Shown here in pieces: positions 46,591 through 56,118 of a DNA stretch of 64,000 bases (position 1 is its first letter; each line of letters opens with the position of its first letter). A program made the translations under genes and the position numbers. The notes under the pieces are model-generated. The model made no database searches and was not told the origin of the DNA. It worked only from the letters and a program-made list of their open reading frames with translations. Location: the sequence record LC819006.1; one strand, given 5' to 3'.

Positions 46591-48486
46591 ATGGGTGTAA
46601 CCTCTCGCGACGTACAATGGTTGCGTAAGTCTTTCCTGCTCGCTACTGATAATCTCGATGATCAGTCGCTGCAAGAGTTCGGCTATACCGATACCATTGC
46701 ACGTCCTTTCGACACAAGTCCTGGTGGCAATGAGGTAATCAACCCTCTGCCCCAATTCACCCGGCATTGCGACATCAAAGTCAAAACGCCACTCATGAAC
46801 ACGTTTGGTATTGGTCGCTGGTACGATGAGACGTACGGCCAGTACTCGCAGAAAATCTACCTGCGCTTCGGTGTGCCCGAGTTCACCCCGATGTCTCAGT
46901 TCTTTACGGGGTTCTACAGCTATGAGGCTTCCCTTCTGGCCCGCACTGGCCGTGCTTCCGCTGGTATTGCTTATTACCTTGGTCGTGGGGTTGGTCTGGC
47001 TGTAACGATCTTCAACATCCCGTTGTTGTTGACGACCGTTGCTCTGGAAGCTTATCGCTTCTTCACGCAAAAACAAAGCTCGAAGTTTTACTACTTCAAG
47101 CCCGCCATGCATCTGTACTGGAATGCTGTCACCACGCTTGTGAATCACTACTGCGTGAACCGAGGCATCATTCCGCGGATGTTTACGTCTGACCAGAACC
47201 AGACGATGGCAGCTGAAAACACGTACACATCGGATGACCTCAAGCGCTTCGCTCAGGTGCTCGAAGTGTTCGATGAGAACGGTCAGGTCGACATGTACCG
47301 TTATGCTTCGTTCGCACAACGCCGTAAGAAAGCGTTCATGGACAAGCTGAAGGATATGCTCGATGTTTCGAACCTGGACTTCTCGGCATTGCACAACAAC
47401 TTCCGTTCCGCTCTGAATCAGCAAACACAGCCCGTACAAGGCCGTGCATTCAAAGAGTACATGGATCTATGGCTCAACAGTCCGGAAGGCAATGCGAACT
47501 CATCTAGCGGTTCTACGGATGGTTCCCAGGGCGAGTCGGTTGCCGACACTCAGGTGAACACGATCGATAAGCCCGATCGTGATGGTCTCTGGAAGCTTCT
47601 GCAATCTGAGTGGAACGACGGTACAGCTTTCGTTTGCTTCCGCGTGAATTCCACGGGTGAAGTTTCGGAGTCCTTCTCCAGTTCCACTGCCAAGTCGGAA
47701 ATCGAAGACAAGATCAACGGTCTCGCCTCGCAGGCACGTAAGACCAGTTTCAACTTCTCCGGCGGCAACCTGACCGGAGCGTTGAGCGGTGCTCTGGGTG
47801 CTGTGGGCGACTTCGTAGGCGGTGTGGCTGACCAGTTCAACATCTCGGGTCTGGCTGTGTTGGGCGGCGCAGCATTCGTGGATATTCCGGAACACTGGGA
47901 ATCCTCGACAGCATCTCTGCCTCAACAGTCGTACACGATCCAGCTGATTGCGCCTTATGGCAATGCACTCAGTCAGTTGTTCAATATGTACATCCCGCTC
48001 TTCATGATTCTGGCTGGTGCGCTTCCTCGCTCCACTGGTAAGCAGTCGTATACGGCTCCGCCTCTCGTGCAGTTGTTCGACAAGGGCAAGCAACAAACAC
48101 GACTGGGTATCATCGACTCGGTCTCAGTTCGTCGTGGCACAACCAACCTGCCGTTTAACAAACACATGCAAGCGATGGGTATCGAGGTTACGTTCTCGAT
48201 CAAGGATCTCTCCTCCATCATGCACATGCCGATCTCGCAAGGCTTCTCGTTGAATCCGACGAAAGGCATCTTCGACGAAGACACGGTATTCTCGGACTAC
48301 ATGGGCGTGCTGGCTGGTCTCGATCTCGATGATCAGATCTACTCGTTCCGTAAGTTCGCTCTGAACATGACTCGTTACGCAACCAACTGGCGTAGCTGGA
48401 CGTCGTCATCCCACATGGCGTCGTTCCTCGCTAACGGCACTCCGCTGCGTTTCGTGTCGATGTTCTACAAGGGTATCGATCCATAA
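46591..48486 (+). CDS. Virion structural protein, tail tip/baseplate hub candidate (phiKZ gp182-like)
   Basis: FTDTIARPFDTSPGGNEVINPLPQFTRHCDI-like N-terminus, GIGRWYDE, GIIDSVSVRRG; synteny. Confidence 0.75.
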   Translation: MGVTSRDVQWLRKSFLLATDNLDDQSLQEFGYTDTIARPFDTSPGGNEVINPLPQFTRHCDIKVKTPLMNTFGIGRWYDETYGQYSQKIYLRFGVPEFTPMSQFFTGFYSYEASLLARTGRASAGIAYYLGRGVGLAVTIFNIPLLLTTVALEAYRFFTQKQSSKFYYFKPAMHLYWNAVTTLVNHYCVNRGIIPRMFTSDQNQTMAAENTYTSDDLKRFAQVLEVFDENGQVDMYRYASFAQRRKKAFMDKLKDMLDVSNLDFSALHNNFRSALNQQTQPVQGRAFKEYMDLWLNSPEGNANSSSGSTDGSQGESVADTQVNTIDKPDRDGLWKLLQSEWNDGTAFVCFRVNSTGEVSESFSSSTAKSEIEDKINGLASQARKTSFNFSGGNLTGALSGALGAVGDFVGGVADQFNISGLAVLGGAAFVDIPEHWESSTASLPQQSYTIQLIAPYGNALSQLFNMYIPLFMILAGALPRSTGKQSYTAPPLVQLFDKGKQQTRLGIIDSVSVRRGTTNLPFNKHMQAMGIEVTFSIKDLSSIMHMPISQGFSLNPTKGIFDEDTVFSDYMGVLAGLDLDDQIYSFRKFALNMTRYATNWRSWTSSSHMASFLANGTPLRFVSMFYKGIDP

Positions 48487-48496
48487 AGCAAAAAGC

Positions 48497-48530
48497 CATA
48501 TACCACCTGGCTTGCGCCAGGTGGTATATG
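48497..48530. terminator. Bidirectional 15-bp hairpin between convergent genes
   Basis: CATATACCACCTGGC-ttgc-GCCAGGTGGTATATG. Confidence 0.65.
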
Positions 48531-48538
48531 TTCGTCTA

Positions 48539-49741
48539 TTAACCGCCAGGAATGGTGGTGGACTTGCCGGCAATCAGATCATCCAGCCACTGGATGTTGC
48601 GAGGAGCACCTAGGTCTTCTTGCGGCGGCTGAACGCGAGGATCAGTATCACGCACCACCTGGTTCGAACCAGTCGAAACCGATTGGGGGAAACGCTTCGA
48701 GATCTCTTCGTTAACCGACAGAGGCTTGTTGAACACTTGCAGTGCTGCATACGTCTTATCGATGGAGTTGGTGGAAGTCAAACCACCCGTCGTGAAGATG
48801 TTCTTCACTTGAACCGACGCGCCCAACAAAGAAGTCAGGTCACGCAGTGGCGCTGTCGAGCCTTGAGGCTTGAAGTCCGATGTGTTCCAGTTCGGATCGA
48901 CTTTCTGATAGGCGCCCTGATACTGAACGAATTGACCGTTCGAACCAGAGATGTCGGAAGGCGTATAAGACGTCTTGTCATTCTTGGCCAGCTGAGACAC
49001 GGCGTTCGGCTGAAGCATGCCCACCGCACCATTGCCGATATAATCGGTCATCGCTGCAACAGAAGCCAGATCCCCACGAGCCAAAGCACCAGGCAATGAG
49101 CCAGTTGCGACCGTGTAAAGGATCGAACCTTTGTTTACGAGCGTGGTGGAAGACTGGATGGTGTCGGCAATGACTCCAAAAGCCCCCTGAATGCCCTGTG
49201 CGCCTGCCTCTCCGACTAGAGCGGTGAAGACACCTCCGAGAGCGCCGTTGGCACTGAGAGCGATTCCGGCCTTCCCAGCCACGGCGTTGATTGTGTTCGC
49301 GATTCCACGAATGTCGGAAAAATTACCAGTCTGAACCGCACGAACGATACCATTGACTGTCGTGTAGACTCGGTTGGCTTCCTTGATCAGGCCAGTGACT
49401 TCGTTGACGCCGCTCTTGACAGCAGCAATAGCCGACTGACTACCCGAGACCACATCGTTTACGAGCGACTTGGCTTTCGAATATTCGTCCGAAAAAGCTG
49501 CAGAGATTTTGTCTGTGAGGGATTCAGGATTCAATCCCAGTACGCCATCAGTGGCGCTCTTCAGCAGATTGCCTGAAGTGAATTTGCTCAGGAACCCGAA
49601 CTTGTCGGACAGATCGAATCCGGTCAGATTCAGATCCTGAAAACTGTTAACGACCGAGGAGTCTGTCTTTTTGTAGACGTCCTCGACTACGGTTTTCTCG
49701 TCCGGCGTCCGGCTTAGAATACTGGAAGCTAAGGTCGGCAT
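48539..49741 (-). CDS. Probable virion structural protein (Ser/Gly/Ala-rich)
   Basis: 400 aa; the TPDEKTVVEDVY N-terminus recalls phiKZ-like tail-associated proteins. Confidence 0.6.
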   Translation of the reverse strand: MPTLASSILSRTPDEKTVVEDVYKKTDSSVVNSFQDLNLTGFDLSDKFGFLSKFTSGNLLKSATDGVLGLNPESLTDKISAAFSDEYSKAKSLVNDVVSGSQSAIAAVKSGVNEVTGLIKEANRVYTTVNGIVRAVQTGNFSDIRGIANTINAVAGKAGIALSANGALGGVFTALVGEAGAQGIQGAFGVIADTIQSSTTLVNKGSILYTVATGSLPGALARGDLASVAAMTDYIGNGAVGMLQPNAVSQLAKNDKTSYTPSDISGSNGQFVQYQGAYQKVDPNWNTSDFKPQGSTAPLRDLTSLLGASVQVKNIFTTGGLTSTNSIDKTYAALQVFNKPLSVNEEISKRFPQSVSTGSNQVVRDTDPRVQPPQEDLGAPRNIQWLDDLIAGKSTTIPGG

Positions 49742-49785
49742 TTTTTCACCAGAAAAAAATATAGGTCACAACATAAGCAGATTCC

Positions 49786-49815
49786 TGACAGTGTAGCCCG
49801 AAGGCTACACTGTCA
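49786..49815. terminator. Hairpin
   Basis: TGACAGTGTAGCC-cgaa-GGCTACACTGTCA. Confidence 0.55.
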
Positions 49816-49827
49816 GTATCCATAGAA

Positions 49828-50355
49828 TTACTTCTCCTGAATCAGCGTAAAGTTCATGTCCCGGAAGTTCACAAACTCGTGAGGTTTCTCACCGCGAAGG
49901 ATATCGCGCACGTCATTCAGAACGCCAATGTACAGACTGCTGTGACTCGGACGAATCGGAAGACGGTCCGGGCCTTGCAGGTAATAATGATCGAAAGGCA
50001 AATCGTTTTCGACCATCATCTGCGCATAATGGCTATTCGTTTGCAACTTGAGAATGGTTGCATCGAGGATCAGTTCACGAAACTTATCGCACGAGTATTT
50101 CGGCGACAGTCGCATGAAATTGATTGCTTGATGCGGCTCCATATTTCGAATTGCATCACGTGTGCCGCCGGTGTTCAGGTAGCAGAACATGTTCTGCACG
50201 GTCCGGAAATGCCCGAGCAGAGGATGGTGGATTGGCTCACCAACGTTGTACGACAATGCAAGCAGACGACCGAGCTTGGTCTTCGCCTTCATTTGCGTGT
50301 TGATGTGTGTGTAACCATCTTCATGCGGATTGGGACGAACAGTCAAGTCACTCAT
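49828..50355 (-). CDS. Hypothetical protein, degenerate NADAR/T4 30.3-like candidate
   Basis: EDGYTHIN..KAKTKLGRLL..HPLLGHFRTVQNMFCYL resembles the phage DG.THINIYSKG.TELGR.LSNF family. Confidence 0.5.
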   Translation of the reverse strand: MSDLTVRPNPHEDGYTHINTQMKAKTKLGRLLALSYNVGEPIHHPLLGHFRTVQNMFCYLNTGGTRDAIRNMEPHQAINFMRLSPKYSCDKFRELILDATILKLQTNSHYAQMMVENDLPFDHYYLQGPDRLPIRPSHSSLYIGVLNDVRDILRGEKPHEFVNFRDMNFTLIQEK

Positions 50356-50920
50356 TGCTTTCTCCGGAATCTTTCTTCTTGTTCTTGTGACCAATCAGCT
50401 TACGCATCAAAGCCTTAAGGGGGCTACCTTCTTTTTTCGATTGAAGGAAATCGTTTACTTGCGCGATGAGTTCTGATTCCTCATCCTCCTCGCTCAGACT
50501 AAGCAGAACATCAGGAGTAAGTGGATACCGAACCTTGCCGACAAGACGACGACCATCTTTCATCTTCCAGATAGCCAGCAGTTCGATCTCTTCGACATTG
50601 GCAACAACAGCTGCCTTGACGAAGGTTGAGACCGACATACTTTCATCTTCAGAGAACACCTGGTTCGTGATGTTGCCGCGCGCACTGGTGCGATGTGCTG
50701 GCGTTTGCGGGATCCCGTTTGCAGGATCGTTCACATAACGCTTAAGCAGGGCGTCCCAAGTTTCCAGGCGTGTTATGCCCAGACCCTTGAACAGAAATCG
50801 GTGCGTCAAATACCAAAGAACATTCTTTGGCCTTGAGGGGAAATTGAATATTCCCCGAGCAGTCAGGTCCATCTGACTGTTGACTCGTCGTGTGACGAGA
50901 CTATCTTCTTTTCGTGCCAT
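50348..50920 (-). CDS. Conserved hypothetical protein
   Basis: 190 aa; W..L..RYVNDP.NGIPQT..R..ARGN pattern of phiKZ-like early genes. Confidence 0.65.
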   Translation of the reverse strand: MARKEDSLVTRRVNSQMDLTARGIFNFPSRPKNVLWYLTHRFLFKGLGITRLETWDALLKRYVNDPANGIPQTPAHRTSARGNITNQVFSEDESMSVSTFVKAAVVANVEEIELLAIWKMKDGRRLVGKVRYPLTPDVLLSLSEEDEESELIAQVNDFLQSKKEGSPLKALMRKLIGHKNKKKDSGESNE

Positions 50921-50974
50921 TTGATAGGCTCCAAACAGTGATATGGTTTTCCATACCGGTTAAGATGACTTTGG

Positions 50975-51490
50975 TCATTCGCCAAAGTGTTCAAGTAAAG
51001 CATTGATAAACCCAGTCAACGTCTGCGTGTATTTGTACAGCTGACGATGGTTGTGTTCCATAGCACCATGCAGTTCCATGTCTGCGAACTTCATGTACTC
51101 GTAGTAAGTGTCGATCAACTCTACTGCTCGTTGGATCTTCACCGCCGTGTCGTCCACGTAGTAGCCATCGTGAACAAAGAGGAAGTCGTCAAATCTCGGA
51201 TTCTTCAATTCCCTCACAGAGAAGATTCCGCGTTCAATATGTTGCTTATCTTTCAGATAGTCATTTACCTCCAGGAGTGACTTAATGAAGTCCGGCAAGT
51301 TCTCGGAGAAACATTCGATTCTTCCGAGAGAGGCCGGCGACTTGGTAAGAGTCAATTGCGTGATGCCGATACGACCCAGTGCAATCTGGAGTTGCATATA
51401 GATGCTGTCGGGATCAGCTTTCTTCTCTTCTACCGCAACGGGTTCAGGAGTATTCCTTCTCCGCAGATAGTCGAACAGTCGCTGTATCAT
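50975..51490 (-). CDS. Hypothetical protein
   Basis: Start MIQRLF after GAAGG; early promoter motif just upstream. Confidence 0.65.
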   Translation of the reverse strand: MIQRLFDYLRRRNTPEPVAVEEKKADPDSIYMQLQIALGRIGITQLTLTKSPASLGRIECFSENLPDFIKSLLEVNDYLKDKQHIERGIFSVRELKNPRFDDFLFVHDGYYVDDTAVKIQRAVELIDTYYEYMKFADMELHGAMEHNHRQLYKYTQTLTGFINALLEHFGE

Positions 51491-51532
51491 GTGACCTTCA
51501 TTCAATGGATTTTCCAGACATAGATCCAAATA

Positions 51533-51548
51533 GTAATATATGTCTGAG
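51533..51548 (-). promoter_or_regulatory. phiKZ-type early promoter
   Basis: Minus strand CTCAGACATATATTAC. Confidence 0.7.
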
Positions 51549-51569
51549 CTGTTTTAAAGGAGAAACATC

Positions 51570-52007
51570 GTGTCCTCATTGACACCTGAAAAGATCGAGG
51601 AAAGTTTTCAGGACCTCGACTACACCACGGGAATCCGCAAACAGATCGTGACTGCTCTGCTTCCGGATGCGCTAGGGAGCAAAGATCCTGAGCTTGCTCG
51701 AACTGTCATGCAGGGGCTTGACGGCATTGATAAAGTTGCCCTTGGTCGTCTCAAACTCAATGAGAAAGCCAAGGAAAACGAAACCCGTGCTGACGAAGCC
51801 GCGGCAATGGCACAGTATCTGGTTACTTTGTCTGACCGCCGTCAAAAGGAAGGCAGACCGGAAGTCAGCCACAACGAAACAGTCGGACGCAAGCTGCCGG
51901 AAGACCGTCGGCCGGCCTACGATCCGTCTGTCCGTGACTCTGCAGCGGGTAGCGAAAACACGTCGGAATTCACCGAACGCATCGAAGGCGAGAACGGAAA
52001 GCGTTAA
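51570..52007 (+). CDS. Hypothetical protein (coiled-coil)
   Basis: GTG start after an AAAGGAG RBS; 145 aa. Confidence 0.7.
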   Translation: MSSLTPEKIEESFQDLDYTTGIRKQIVTALLPDALGSKDPELARTVMQGLDGIDKVALGRLKLNEKAKENETRADEAAAMAQYLVTLSDRRQKEGRPEVSHNETVGRKLPEDRRPAYDPSVRDSAAGSENTSEFTERIEGENGKR

Positions 52008-52798
52008 TCCGCTTTGTTCTGTTCCACCAGTTTCTTATCGAGTTCATCGATAGAAAGATGCTTCGAAACGTCGACGTCTTCGATCGCAGCCAGACGTTCA
52101 TCTGGGTAGATGATCGAAAAGTGTTCAACGTTAATGAACTTCAAGTGAATCCTGGGAGCCACTGCGGCTTCCAGGACCGCTAGGCTATTTATGCCGCGTT
52201 TCATCTGCTCGATGACTTCTTCGTCCTTATCCGGATCGGAGTTGAAGTACACCATCGGAGCCACCAGCAACAGGAACGGCTTCGGATTTTTGATGAGCGA
52301 ATTGGCATGTGCGTTGAGGTAGTGATGGTAGTCGTACATCACCATCATCACGTAATTCTCAGCACACAAAGCGGGCGTCATTTCCTTGATGTCTTTGCTG
52401 ATGACGTTCACGCCAATGCGGCCCTGGAACTTCAGATAGATGATACTGCGCAGTGCAGCCATCTCGTCAGGCTGGAACGGATACGGCCAGACGTTCACAT
52501 CCAGCTGTGGCTTCTGATTGTCCGGCAGTTCGTGAGCAATCGTTTCCTTCATCAGTTCGGCAATCTGGGGAGCCAGAAAGACGAAGATGTTGGTCATGAG
52601 TGCTTCTTGCAAAGTCTCGACTTCGAACTTGTTGTAAAGCTCGTCGTAGGCTTTCTTATCGATACCTTCGAAGAAGTCACCCTTACGAACGTGATAGCCG
52701 TTCTTAATGAGGCTATGAGCGGCTTCCGGGTTCAGGCGCTTCACTACCCCATAGCGCGCATCCAGGAGAGCGCCAATCTCTACGTAGATGCCTTTCAT
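52004..52798 (-). CDS. Conserved hypothetical protein (phiKZ gp147-like position)
   Basis: IYVEIGALLDARYG and LDVNVWPY; synteny before the RNAP beta C-terminal gene. Confidence 0.65.
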   Translation of the reverse strand: MKGIYVEIGALLDARYGVVKRLNPEAAHSLIKNGYHVRKGDFFEGIDKKAYDELYNKFEVETLQEALMTNIFVFLAPQIAELMKETIAHELPDNQKPQLDVNVWPYPFQPDEMAALRSIIYLKFQGRIGVNVISKDIKEMTPALCAENYVMMVMYDYHHYLNAHANSLIKNPKPFLLLVAPMVYFNSDPDKDEEVIEQMKRGINSLAVLEAAVAPRIHLKFINVEHFSIIYPDERLAAIEDVDVSKHLSIDELDKKLVEQNKAD

Positions 52799-53283
52799 TA
52801 TGCGACTACCTCCGCAATGATTTCAGGATTACCGTACGTGAAGAGAACAGCAAACATCACGAGGTAGCGGTTGTTCTGAAGGATCTTGATAATGCCGTCC
52901 GGATCAGGAATACGATCACGATATTCCGTACCCATAAACGAAAGTTTCGGATCCGCTGCTTCTTTCGTGTTGAAGGCTTGAGCCAGATGGACGATCAGTG
53001 CCTGATAATCCTGCTCGGGCAAAGTGAAACGAGTGCGGAACAACGCCGTCAACGTGTAGACCAGGTTGATGTGTAGTGTGTCCTTGTAGATCATGTCGTA
53101 GAGATTCTGCATCGAATCTTCCGTGAACACGAGCCAGCCTTGCGTTTGCAAGAGAACTTCGGCGAGAAAAGTTGCTTCATTCTGACGATTCTCGCCCTTG
53201 ATCGTCAGGTTATGGAAATAATGCGACAGCGCACTGTTGATTGCGTTCTGTGCGGTTTCCGTGATTTCTGCAAGTGTAGACAT
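52798..53283 (-). CDS. Conserved hypothetical protein (phiKZ gp148-like position)
   Basis: Start MSTLAE (TATG, 53283); stop overlaps the next start. Confidence 0.62.
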   Translation of the reverse strand: MSTLAEITETAQNAINSALSHYFHNLTIKGENRQNEATFLAEVLLQTQGWLVFTEDSMQNLYDMIYKDTLHINLVYTLTALFRTRFTLPEQDYQALIVHLAQAFNTKEAADPKLSFMGTEYRDRIPDPDGIIKILQNNRYLVMFAVLFTYGNPEIIAEVVA

Positions 53284-53309
53284 AAAGACTCCGAACAAAA
53301 GATACGACA

Positions 53310-53335
53310 GAGTACCTGGCCGAAGCCAGGTACTC
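53310..53335 (-). terminator. Hairpin
   Basis: GAGTACCTGGC-cgaa-GCCAGGTACTC. Confidence 0.55.
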
Positions 53336-53347
53336 ACACAGGATGGC

Positions 53348-54031
53348 TCACAGCGTGTTGTCGTAGTGCATGCCAAGAAGGATGTTACGAAGCGAACGGG
53401 TCGATCCGACCTCACCCGCATAGGGTTCGAGTGCTTTCATGGAGGCCCCGCCAGTCTTCATGATCGCTTGATTCATGAGACGATTGCCTTTCACGTCGCC
53501 CCCGCGCCAGTGCATGAATTCTTCAATGGTCTTCTTCAGACCGAAAGCCTTCAGCAGTGACAGTTCGGGGTAACTGATCTTCGATCCCTTGCTATCGCCA
53601 GTGACCTGACCAGTAAAGTCGTCGATCGAGTGGTTGTTTTCCGGAATGGAAATCTTCTCCACCAGCAGCTGCGCCTGACGTCGTACCGGGAACGGTAGAA
53701 TCAGATACGCATTGGGCGTCAGGAACCAGTCGCCTGATTCATCCTGATACCAGAGATGCTGGAAGAATTGAATTCCAAACTTCGGTCCAAGGACGTTGAT
53801 GTTTCGCATCGTGTCCAAGGGGAACTTGCCGCCTGGTGGATCGATATACACCAGCGCGCCTTCCTTGTTTCGCATGCGCTCGATCCAGTTATGGAACTGA
53901 GCGTCATTCAGGTACTTCGGGCTTTTCGGATCGAAGAGTGCCTGGTAAAGAGCCACGTTCGGATTGCCAGGGGCAATCGCGTCAATGATCTCCAGACACA
54001 TCTTCTCAGCCGCCTTGCGGTTACGTGGCAT
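53348..54031 (-). CDS. Virion RNA polymerase beta subunit, C-terminal part (phiKZ gp149-like)
   Basis: RRQAQLLVEKISIP..DDFTGQVTGDSKGSKISYPE..L.A.G...EF..RGGD corresponds to the beta C-terminal region. Confidence 0.82.
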   Translation of the reverse strand: MPRNRKAAEKMCLEIIDAIAPGNPNVALYQALFDPKSPKYLNDAQFHNWIERMRNKEGALVYIDPPGGKFPLDTMRNINVLGPKFGIQFFQHLWYQDESGDWFLTPNAYLILPFPVRRQAQLLVEKISIPENNHSIDDFTGQVTGDSKGSKISYPELSLLKAFGLKKTIEEFMHWRGGDVKGNRLMNQAIMKTGGASMKALEPYAGEVGSTRSLRNILLGMHYDNTL

Positions 54032-54569
54032 CGGGTTCGTCCTTGAGGCGAATCAGTCGCAACTTGATCTGCTTGTCTTTGCATCGCTCCAACATATCTT
54101 TGGTTCCGGGAGAATGACCGTCCCAGAAGCCAAGACCATGGCTCGATACATTAGCCATATCCTGGTTGCGCATGAAGCCAGCCAAAGCGTTGTACTGCTT
54201 GCCTTGAGCATTGGTCTTAATCTTCGCACCAGGAACGTCGATGTTGTTCCAATCAGCCGGGAACTCACTCCAGCGCCAGCCTTTAGCTTTTGCCCAATCG
54301 ACGATCTGTTTGTCGGCACCTTCTTTCGCCATGCCAGACACAAACACTGTGTTTTCGGGGATAAAAGACCAGTCACGAATGAAGCCTTCCAAACAAGCTT
54401 CAAAGATTTCCTGGTCTACATTTTTCCGACTGCCAAAAACGACTACTACGTTTTTGAACTTTCTCAATTCGTCACGTCGGATCGGACGAACCGGCTTGCC
54501 ATCGCTCATGATTCTGCAATCCTGGTTAAGCCCCGAAAATTGATAGTTCTTCTCAATATATCGAGGCAT
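54021..54569 (-). CDS. SLOG-superfamily protein (DUF2493/YspA-like)
   Basis: VVVFGSR, VSGMAKEGAD..WA, FPADW, AGFMRNQDMA and FWDGHSPGTKDM. Confidence 0.8.
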   Translation of the reverse strand: MPRYIEKNYQFSGLNQDCRIMSDGKPVRPIRRDELRKFKNVVVVFGSRKNVDQEIFEACLEGFIRDWSFIPENTVFVSGMAKEGADKQIVDWAKAKGWRWSEFPADWNNIDVPGAKIKTNAQGKQYNALAGFMRNQDMANVSSHGLGFWDGHSPGTKDMLERCKDKQIKLRLIRLKDEPDAT

Positions 54570-54603
54570 AAAAAGGAGAGCGGAATCAATCCGCTCTCAC
54601 GTT

Positions 54604-56013
54604 TTACTTCCAATAAGGCTTGTACTTGTCAATACGCATGCGCATCAAGTCCAGCGTCGAGAGGTAAGGAATGGGGTGATCGTCGTTGTTCAACGTCCAC
54701 CAGCCGCGAGTATTGCCCAGGATTTCATCCCAGTCGTAACCCTTTTCCTTGATGCCGTCGAACAGTTCCTTCGGCGTGCACAACAGACCCTGATTGCGAA
54801 GCTCGGGCATCAGACGGCTCATTTGCATGAGTTCCATCGTGATGTTGAGCGCGCGTTGCAGCATGGGGTCGGTGTCGATCTTCGAACGAACCTTCGTACG
54901 GCTCAGCTTGGCATCAGGGCGAAGAGTCAGGTAGTAATTCTGATCGTTGCCCTCCAGACCGAAAGAGTCCGGATGATCCCACAGATTATAGAACTCGGTC
55001 ATCGCCGGCAGAATGCCTTGCTTCTGCGAAACGATCAGACGAATGGGCACCCCCGACGGACCCGACTTGCCGCGCAACTCAACTGCGTGCAATACGTTCA
55101 GGTCGGTATCGCCTTCAGCATTGTCGAACTCGTCGCGCGGGAATTGCGGCAGCTTCGTCTGACGATGGATCAGCTTCTCCAGATTGTAGAACTGGACGAT
55201 CGAGTTCATGATGTACGTGAACTTGTCCGTCACGCCCTTCATCTTGACGTTGCCCTGGATGTTCGACAGCTTCTTCTTTTCCGGATTGTATTGATCCAGA
55301 TTGAAGATGGGGCCGACCTGAGCAGTCATGGAGAAGTAGTGAGAAGCCTTGTGAAGCAGCGGCGGCAGTTCCGAGAGCAGACGCAGCTTGTTGATACCCT
55401 GCTTCATGAACATCGTCTCAGCACCTTTCTCGCCAAGACCCGTATCGGAGTTCATCTTCGACACGTCTTTGGTCACGAAGTCCGTGAACGAGTCCAGGCC
55501 GCCGAACGTCGGGATGATCATGTCCATCAGTTCGTTGGTCGTACCCAGCTTCACGAAAGGAAGCGGCGCGCGATACTCTTTCTTCTTGCCGAGATCACAC
55601 TTCGTTTCCAGGAATTCCTTGGTCTTGTCGTACCACTCTTCACCGCCGTAGACCTTGCGGTTGGTGACGACGAAGCGTTCGGATTCGATCGGGTCCACTC
55701 CGTCGAACTCAGGAAGCTGTGCGGCGAGATCGCCAACGCGCGTACCCTGTGTGTTCATTTCGGTTTCGAACATGGAGCCTGTCGATTCGCCATGAATGCG
55801 ATACATTGCTCGCAGGTTCTTGTACAGCATCGAGGTGGTCTTGAAGAGGTTACCGCCACCTACGTAACCGCTCAGCTGAGCATGCCCGCCATTGAGCAAT
55901 GCTTCGCCATGTTGGCCGTAATACCAGCGGCCGGTGATGATGTCGAGACCGGCTCCCACGTTGATCATGGGTGCAAGATGTTCGGCCTTTTGGTAAGGTT
56001 GTTTAAACAGCAT
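54604..56013 (-). CDS. uvsX: UvsX/RecA-like recombinase (phiKZ gp152-like)
   Basis: INVGAGLDIITG, P-loop variant GGGNLFKTT, LDSFT, LRGKSGPSG and VSQKQG; synteny. Confidence 0.8.
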   Translation of the reverse strand: MLFKQPYQKAEHLAPMINVGAGLDIITGRWYYGQHGEALLNGGHAQLSGYVGGGNLFKTTSMLYKNLRAMYRIHGESTGSMFETEMNTQGTRVGDLAAQLPEFDGVDPIESERFVVTNRKVYGGEEWYDKTKEFLETKCDLGKKKEYRAPLPFVKLGTTNELMDMIIPTFGGLDSFTDFVTKDVSKMNSDTGLGEKGAETMFMKQGINKLRLLSELPPLLHKASHYFSMTAQVGPIFNLDQYNPEKKKLSNIQGNVKMKGVTDKFTYIMNSIVQFYNLEKLIHRQTKLPQFPRDEFDNAEGDTDLNVLHAVELRGKSGPSGVPIRLIVSQKQGILPAMTEFYNLWDHPDSFGLEGNDQNYYLTLRPDAKLSRTKVRSKIDTDPMLQRALNITMELMQMSRLMPELRNQGLLCTPKELFDGIKEKGYDWDEILGNTRGWWTLNNDDHPIPYLSTLDLMRMRIDKYKPYWK

Positions 56014-56118
56014 GTGAATGCTCTCCAATCATTTGAAATGAAGAATGCGTGAGTCAAACTATGGGTTTTTTCACTAAAAATATAGTTTGGCGTCTTTGAT
56101 TACCTTAGCGAGATACCC

